A DNA stretch of 40,826 nt from the NCBI RefSeq assembly GCF_000281045.1, contig NW_008246094.1:21339-62164 (forward strand), written 5' to 3'. Positions within the stretch are counted from its first letter, which is position 1. Each line of letters begins with the position of its first letter. This document shows, piece by piece, positions 34,019-40,826 of this stretch. The notes under the pieces were generated by a model. That model was given only the letters and a program-made list of their open reading frames with translations, was not told the DNA's origin and did not search any database. The translations under genes were made by a program, and so were the position numbers. This DNA is from Saprolegnia diclina VS20 (Eukaryota).

Positions 34019-34778
34019 CGTATCGACGGGCGCAAATTTGGGCGAGCAGTTACAGCGAGCTTTCGGTCGTTTTTCTGAAGATTCGTTTTTCTGAAGAATT
34101 TACCCATTCTATGTCGCAAGAGTATGCTTGTACCGCGAGATGATGCAATATTTAGACATGATTTTGTGAGAGGCACGTTGTGCGAGGCGGTCCGTAGCTT
34201 GTACCGCGACAATCACTTGATTTTTTCGTTATAAACTCCAAAATATAGAGTCCAACGAGAGTGAACCATGTCCAGTATTTCTTCAACGTTAGAGAACAAA
34301 GACTCGGTGTAAACTCAGTAGATTTACTTCAGCGATAGCTCGACCTTATGCGTTCGCATGCAATGCTCTCACGCACCGCCAGGGAATGGAGCTGGACAAT
34401 GCAGCGCTTGGGCTATTATTACGCAGCTCAGTCGGCACTTGCCAACCGTCAACGCGTGGCTCCCACTCGACGTTTAACAGTCATAGTCGCCTCTTTCTGT
34501 GATGTTTGCATACACAGACTTACGGGATCTAGTCTTTCCGAATGCAGAAACTAATAAACAATGGCGTGGAGTTCTAGCTTTGTGTGTCTTCATACAAGGA
34601 GGCAGGATCATCAATGGAGATGAGTATTTTCTAAGCTTCCTCAACCTTACGATGAGACAAAACACTTGACATAGCATCGCTATCGATGTGTGCCCTTTTT
34701 GTTCCAAACGGTGCCGTCGATCGAACCTCACACAACGTCAAAGAAGTCGTTTGGGTATTTATAATCTCGCTTCGAGCC

Positions 34779-36788
34779 ATGGTGTACGTCGCATCACACT
34801 TTGGAATTGCCATTCTTGGATTACGACCAACAAGTACACCGTCGCTGTACTCACCAAGTCCAAACCGACGTATTGGACGTACGCACATCGAGCGCACGGT
34901 TTTCTTGTCGCTGGCGCCGGGGTCTTTGTCGTGCTCCTCGTCGCCGGCGACGCGATCGTCAACAACTGGGCGCTCCTCAACTTTATGGGCAGCGGCTACT
35001 TCTTTGTGACGCCGATTGCCGCGGCGACGAGCTTGGACTCGCTCGGGGCGCAGTACAGCTTTGCAGCCGAGATGGGCCTTCAAGACCTTTCGAAAAGCGG
35101 TCGCTGGATGAGCAACTTTACCGTGACGCACATGGTTGCAAAAAGCGAAAAGATCTACGTGATTGTGACAGGTGACATTCCGCTCACGCCCAACTCGGTC
35201 TTGTGTCCAATCTTCAAAGCGCGATATGCTGTCGACTTTGGCGCGACAAATGGACGCGTCAACTTCGCACTCGCGTACGACGCAGTGTCGTTCTTCCGCG
35301 GCAATGCGCTCAGCCATGCGTTTACGGACGATGCCAGCGCCAACCTCGCCAATGCGTCCATGAGTGCACAAGAGCTTTTTGCACTCAACTGTCTGCCCGG
35401 ACGCGTCACTGTCGACAAGCGCTTTTCCAACGAGATCCAGCTACGCAACACGTCCGTGCCGCAAACTCACATCGTCTCGTACTACCGCATTTTCTCGCGG
35501 TCGTTCTGCACTGGCTGCGACCCCGTCGCCGAGCTCGGTTACGGCAGCTGCAACTTTACAATGGTGTACAACGACAGCGACAAGGCGGTCACTGTCACCA
35601 ACAGCACCTTTGTGCCTGGTTCTCTCTACAAACTTGGTTTTATCATGCCCCACACCTTCTTGGGCGAGCTCGCGCTGGTGGCCAAGTCCATTGCGATCGC
35701 GTTTGCTGTCCTTGGGTACCTCGCCAGTCGACGCACGGTGCAGTGGCCGGACGCCACGCACGTCGAATCGAGCGTCGGCAAGGCGCTGCGCACTATTTTG
35801 CCCAAGTGTTTTCCGTACCCAAGCCATGCACTCAGTCAGCTACTGCATGTTTTGCTACAACTCGGCCTGGTTTGTCATTCTGCACGCGTTTAGCGTGCTC
35901 ATCGACATCCAAAATTGTCTCTTGTACGTCCGGAACGTCAACTTGTACACGATGTACGCGCCGCAGTTTGGACACTCGCTGCAGCTCTTTGCCCTCAGCT
36001 CCCGCCTCTTGTGGGTCAACTGCGCGATCCTCAAGTCCGCAAAAGGCTTGTGCCATATGCTGAGCGTCGCGCAGTACGCAGGCGAGAGCCGCCTCGTCGG
36101 CTTCTTCAACCTCAGCAGTGTGTCGTGGCTGTACGCCAGTGCCATCGCACTCTTCTACGTGCCGCCGTTCATCGAATACAACAACAGCATCATCATCAAC
36201 CTCACCAATGCCCGCGAGCGCATCGACGGTATCTGCGTCGACGTCTACCAAGGTTTTTACATGCGCGTCGCGACATCCCTTGTTGTGGGCCTTGTCGTCA
36301 ACATTTTCGCTGTCACGGGCCTCAACCACGTGTGCAGCTACAAGTACTGGCAACTCGTGGCCAAGAACAGTCTGGCGCGCCAAGCACTCTTCAACAGCAG
36401 CTCGATCGTGTGCGACTACCTCGACGGACTCCAAGCCGATGGCGACGGCTCCATTTTTGTATTGCATGCTCGCCGATTTAGCACGCTCCAGTGGTTTTTC
36501 TCGAGCCACTTGACGCTTTTCGGGCTACCCGAGAAAGGACTTCGCGCCAAGAAGCAGCAAGTCGCCACGCAACAGTCGCAGTACGCGCCGTCTGCTCGCA
36601 CTGCAAGCGCCGCGATTGCGTGTAGCACGGCCGCTAACAATGCAAACGCGGAAGACGACGCGCGCGATTGCACCGTCGTTCAAAACGGGGACGCAACGCT
36701 GCATCTACTCGATGGACGTTTAACCGAGGTCACGAGCCTCGCGTTCAACATCAAACTGCTCAAAAATCTCACCGTCGCAATTAAATAG
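34779..36788 (+). pseudogene. Oomycete-type multi-pass membrane protein gene split by a 4-bp duplication frameshift (or assembly error)
   Basis: ORF 34688-35893 (GDAIVNNWALLNF.., FCTGCDPVAELGYG.C) and ORF 35364-36788 (MFCYNS.., NSLARQALFNSSSI) overlap in different frames. TCAG is duplicated at 35832-35839, and removing one copy fuses them (SHALSYCMFCYN). Start codon uncertain. Confidence 0.7.
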
Positions 36789-37393
36789 CTACCACGTTGA
36801 TCTTGACTAATACTGTACCGGTGTATAGTCGCACCTAACAGAACCGGGAAACGAATCTATAATAGTAAACATTGTAAGCTTATTTTGATGTTATCTAGCA
36901 CACAACCACACGACGTTGATATTTGTGGGTCGAGTCTTGTTTCTCTCAGAAGTGACGAGAGCGCAAACCTGGGAGAAAGTGAGGTAAGCATGGTTGCCGA
37001 TGTAGTGTGCCCAGAGTAAGTATCATTCACGTGCGTATAGCGAGTGGTTCAATTATTATTATATGTACAACTCGAATGCTGGGGCCACGTGGTGGGCCAC
37101 GCTGGTGGGCTTGCACAAGAGCAAGCCCACCAGCCAAGTTTGGGTGATTTTATCCTCATAGTTTAAAATAGTGTACATCCATTTGACAATATATAGTGTG
37201 CATGTGCGTGGCGCCGTCCCGGCGGCGCTCCAGTCGGACAAACTGCGTTTAAAACTAAACCGCTTCTATTTGGCAAGCAAGTTCCTGTCATCTGGGAGAG
37301 TTCAATGTGATACGTCGTGTGCACATTTGAGGTATTGAGTCAGAGTTATTGATGCTTAAAGGTTAACCACTCAACTTGTATTGATCTGTGAGC

Positions 37394-37508
37394 ATAACTG
37401 CAGCTCGCCATACGAGTGGATAACCAACACGATATTGTAGTTGTTGCTTATGACAAGTGACGCGCCGTTATGTAAAGTCAGAGGATGATGTCGTATTGGG
37501 CAATTACT
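37394..37508. repeat. Dispersed repeat A, copy 1 (copy 2 at 39145-39238)
   Basis: ATAACTGCAGCTCGCCATACGAGTGGATAACCAACACGA...ATGTAAAGTCAGAGGATGATGT..GCAATTACT in both copies, with an internal indel. Confidence 0.9.
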
Positions 37509-38913
37509 GCAGGTCGTTTGAGCGGCAAGGGCGTCAACGATTTTGATTAAATATGGCTATAAGTCGTTATTTATGGCAAGTGCCATAAATAAGTAGTGTA
37601 TAACGCACAGCTCCTGCAACAGGGCTCAAACGTCGACGCGGCTTTGCATTCCGTGTCCTCCATGGTGTCTTCTACCAGTGTGCCAAGTTTGAGCGATTTC
37701 ATTTTGGACTGTGGTTTGGGCGCTCGGGCATTTCTGGGATCCAAGCAGCACCGATAGGATTGGCCAAAATGTGCGTAAAATGGCTAATTAATATGGTTCA
37801 TGGTAGCATCGTGAATTGATTTCGCGGCAAGGCCAACCTCGAAGCGTGCGACGAGAAGCCGACGTAGTCTGGTTCACTGTGAAAGCAGCGAAGGCACCAA
37901 ATATAATGTCATCAAACACGAGAAGAGCATGCCCCAAAAGACAGCGTCGTGCTTGTAGAGCTCGCTGCAAAGCTCCAAATGGAGCGTGGCACCTCGGGCC
38001 ACCTGCACAGCCAATGTCTCTACGGTAGGTGACCGCTTATGAATCTGCGGCCCGATCCGACAGGATGTGCGGCCGTCGTTGCCGCTGGGATGCCCGTGTT
38101 TTCGCCACACCACGCCGTGCACCTCCTTGTCCCCACCATTGATGCTTTGCAGCTTGCACGAGTATGAGTGCCAACATCTCTGTCGTCGAAATATTATGCC
38201 GTGGCTAGCACACATCACCGAGAGAAGCTTCGCGGCTGTCGCTCTGCGTTGCCCAGCACACCGAGTCCCCGCATGCTGTCGCTACCATAGGCGCCACGGC
38301 GCCTGCTCGCCTCGAGGAACACGATGCAATCCAAGGTCTCGCAGCGCTACGGCCGACCGCTGGAGCGCCGTCACTTTGCCGCCTCAACTCGCGTCAAGCC
38401 GAGGTGCGTCTCTGCCTCTTGTCTCAGCGTAAATCGCCGTCAGCTCCTCTCGTCGTTGACATTGGCCTCGGTGATTGACCTCGGCACGTCGTACCGAGGA
38501 AGAGGTCCGGGGCTTGACCTCGTCGTCGAGCTCGAGTCATTACATCAAAAGCGGCTCTAATCGTGCGGAGAGTCCATTGTTCGGTGTAGGATGGCGTCGA
38601 GTGGTGTCGTCGAGTGCACGTTGGGCTTGTGTTGCAGCGGGACGCTCAATTGAGCGATGTGGAAACCTACAAAACACTTACAGTGATGCACAGCTTCGAA
38701 CTGCTAGAAAGGTCGTCGCGATCTGTCGCAGATCGCGCCAGCTAAGGGGACGATGCACGGACGTCTGCCACGGCGGTAGCTTGAACCCCGGCGTACTCGA
38801 TGCACTTGCTTTGACCTAATAGGACAACCTCATTCGCTGCATTAGAGTTGCTCTCGCAAGACAAGATGATGCATACGCCTATGTACTACCACGCGGGTAG
38901 TACCGCAGAGTAA

Positions 38914-39044
38914 CGCGGGTCGGTCCTGTGTACCTAGGGTGTTTGGACATGAGCGCGGGATGATCAATATTATTGAGAGGTAATATATGCGCCTTGAATA
39001 TCGTGGACGTCGGCAGTGTGTTGGAGCGAGTGACGTCTCGTCAA
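38914..39044. repeat. Dispersed repeat B, copy 1 (copy 2 at 39335-39466)
   Basis: CCTGTGTACCTAGGGTGTTT..GCGCGGGATGATCAATATT..GCCTTGAATATCGTGGACGTCGGCAGTGTG.TGGAGCGAGTGACGTCTCGTCAA in both copies, with several substitutions. Confidence 0.9.
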
Positions 39045-39144
39045 NNNNNNNNNNNNNNNNNNNNNNNNNNNNNNNNNNNNNNNNNNNNNNNNNNNNNNNN
39101 NNNNNNNNNNNNNNNNNNNNNNNNNNNNNNNNNNNNNNNNNNNN
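39045..39144. other. Assembly gap (100 N)
   Basis: Run of N. Confidence 1.
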
Positions 39145-39238
39145 ATAACTGCAGCTCGCCATACGAGTGGATAACCAACACGACATTGTTGTTACCGGTA
39201 TGTAAAGTCAGAGGATGATGTTGTATTAGGCAATTACT
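39145..39238. repeat. Dispersed repeat A, copy 2
   Basis: Matches 37394-37508. Confidence 0.9.
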
Positions 39239-39334
39239 CCAGACTCATGGGCAATGTTGTAGCCCATGAGTGCATTGCATTGGGAGCCGTGGATTTTGTC
39301 ATTGGTCGCTTGGCGAGGCCAAAAGCCGTCGTAG

Positions 39335-39466
39335 CGCGGGTTGTTCCTGTGTACCTAGGGTGTTTGACGCGAGCGCGGGATGATCAATATTGTCGAGAGC
39401 TAATATAGAGGCGCCTTGAATATCGTGGACGTCGGCAGTGTGCTGGAGCGAGTGACGTCTCGTCAA
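39335..39466. repeat. Dispersed repeat B, copy 2
   Basis: Matches 38914-39044. Confidence 0.9.
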
Positions 39467-39698
39467 TCTGGCCCCCGTGTTGTGTATCAAAAAGTGCATC
39501 GAAGATTGCTGATCCCATCAAAGAATGCATGTAATTCACGCTCATGCCAGCGATCACTCGATGGCGTCAGTCGATCTCTGCTTTGGATACTACATGTACG
39601 CAGGAACGAGCTGGATGTCGCCAGCTATTTCAGCGGTCACGCCGCCAGCGAACGACCCGACTGTTGTTGAAATGAGTTATGCAAACGACACCCCCATT

Positions 39699-39730
39699 AT
39701 TGGTTTGGTTCCTATGATTGGTTTGGTTCC
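39699..39730. repeat. Short direct repeat ATTGGTTTGGTTCC x2 (18-bp period)
   Basis: Identical 14-mers at 39699 and 39717. Confidence 0.8.
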
Positions 39731-40356
39731 ACAACTACGAGGTAGTTGAGGCCCCTCGTCAACATTTCGAGGTGAGCCTTGTGACTGCCTGAATCTGGGT
39801 GCCGGCGCGTTGGCTATAACATACGGAGCTGGCGGTGGAAAGTTATCGGCGGGCGCTTGTGGAGCCAATTCCACGCTCTGGTAGCTCGCTCTGGTGCCAA
39901 CTTGCGGGGTGGAGGCGTGACTGTGCAAATCTTCGCGACGCTGCTGCAACGCAAGAAAGAGGGTCTAATACAAACCTCTCCACATACTCAAGAGTATATT
40001 CCTTTGACCTCACTCGATGGGTCTTGCTTGTCCCTTCCGCGTGGCACTCTGATGGTGCACGACGTGCAAAGTATATTTTTTCTTCTTGCATTTCACGTCG
40101 CCTTCATGTCGCCTCCATCGATGGAGCGGTGTAGCGGTCGCTCAATGTGAAACAGGGCCGGCTATGAAGCAGCGTGTGCCGGCTGGGCGACGCCAGGAAA
40201 CTATAAACACTTCCCATTGAGCCACATTACTTGTTCTGGCAGTGGCAATGCATGCCACAGTGGTTGCAAAGCAGCTGGCACGCTTGGTCCAGCTGATAGA
40301 AAACACATGATCGTCGATCGGCTGGGCTGCACGAGCAGCGCGCATTGTGCAATTTG

Positions 40357-40826
40357 ATGGCGGAGGCAGAGATCATCGCGATCGCAGCCCCGAGCGAGCC
40401 GATCCCGAAGAAGAAGAAGCGCCGTCGCCAGCGTCGCAAACCCAAGACGTCACCTGGCAAGCCAGCCCAAGCGAAGAAGCACGGCAAGAAGAAGCTCACC
40501 TTGAAGCGCGGCGCCGACGTCGTCCAACGACCAGCATGCTGCCGTTGCAACATTCTGCTGGCCATTGGCGCAGAGACGACCAACGACGAAGCGATCGTCA
40601 ACGGCGCTGAGATGGTCAACGGTACAGCGCCAGCGTTGCTGGTCCCCGAAGTCCAACATGGCGCCGTGGAGCCGCCGCGTGCAAGGTTGCCCGCGCCTAG
40701 GAAGAAGAAGATGAACAAGTCGAATTGCGGCGTCAACACGCGCAACAACAGCTTGTTTGTCGCGGTCAAGGCCGCGATGCGCATGCTTGGTATGAAGCCG
40801 CGCTGGTCGGAAGCAGAACTGAGCAC
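40357..40826 (+). CDS. 5' part of a basic, probably nuclear protein, truncated by the window end
   Basis: Open from ATG 40357 to the end of the window: MAEAEIIAIAAPSEPIPKKKKRRRQRRKPK...PRKKKMNK...MKPRWSEAELS; strong NLS-like basic clusters and GC3-rich codons. Confidence 0.6.
   Translation, partial: MAEAEIIAIAAPSEPIPKKKKRRRQRRKPKTSPGKPAQAKKHGKKKLTLKRGADVVQRPACCRCNILLAIGAETTNDEAIVNGAEMVNGTAPALLVPEVQHGAVEPPRARLPAPRKKKMNKSNCGVNTRNNSLFVAVKAAMRMLGMKPRWSEAELS

Noticed and set aside
35820..35850. Programmed ribosomal frameshift between the two membrane-protein ORFs
   Set aside because: No slippery heptamer; an exact 4-bp duplication explains the shift more simply.
37800..38820. GC-rich stretch with short ORFs that might be a decayed gene or transposase
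   Set aside because: Stops in all frames and no motif I can recognise; cannot be supported as a feature.
36800..40300. CRISPR-like or regular repeat-spacer array
   Set aside because: Repeats are only pairwise and irregular, and the context is eukaryotic.

Overview
Gene-dense, GC-rich eukaryotic DNA with very short (about 40-55 nt) GT-AG introns, an oomycete-type INR/FPR promoter motif and an axonemal dynein. This most likely indicates a flagellated oomycete (Saprolegniales-like; inferred, not checked). Left to right: tRNA-Val(CAC); a glutathione S-transferase; a 1486-aa intronless protein whose N-terminal ~300 aa look like the Argonaute-chaperone subunit Arb1, followed by a long acidic tail with SIM-like motifs; a 7-exon, 4600-aa inner-arm dynein heavy chain (DNAH10/I1-alpha type); a hidden 4-exon 85-aa prefoldin-beta/ASDURF-like microprotein; a single-pass PPxY/PSAP membrane protein; a GRAM-domain protein; a TspO-like membrane protein; an SLC35B/UAA transporter; a COPI-associated (Tvp15-like) protein; a large multi-exon Pmp-repeat beta-helix plus multi-TM receptor-like gene; a membrane-protein gene broken by a 4-bp duplication; and a repeat- and hairpin-rich region around a 100-N gap, ending in a truncated ORF. 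The best leads are the Arb1-like protein and the ASDURF-like microprotein next to the dynein. All family calls come from motif recognition by eye, not database searches.
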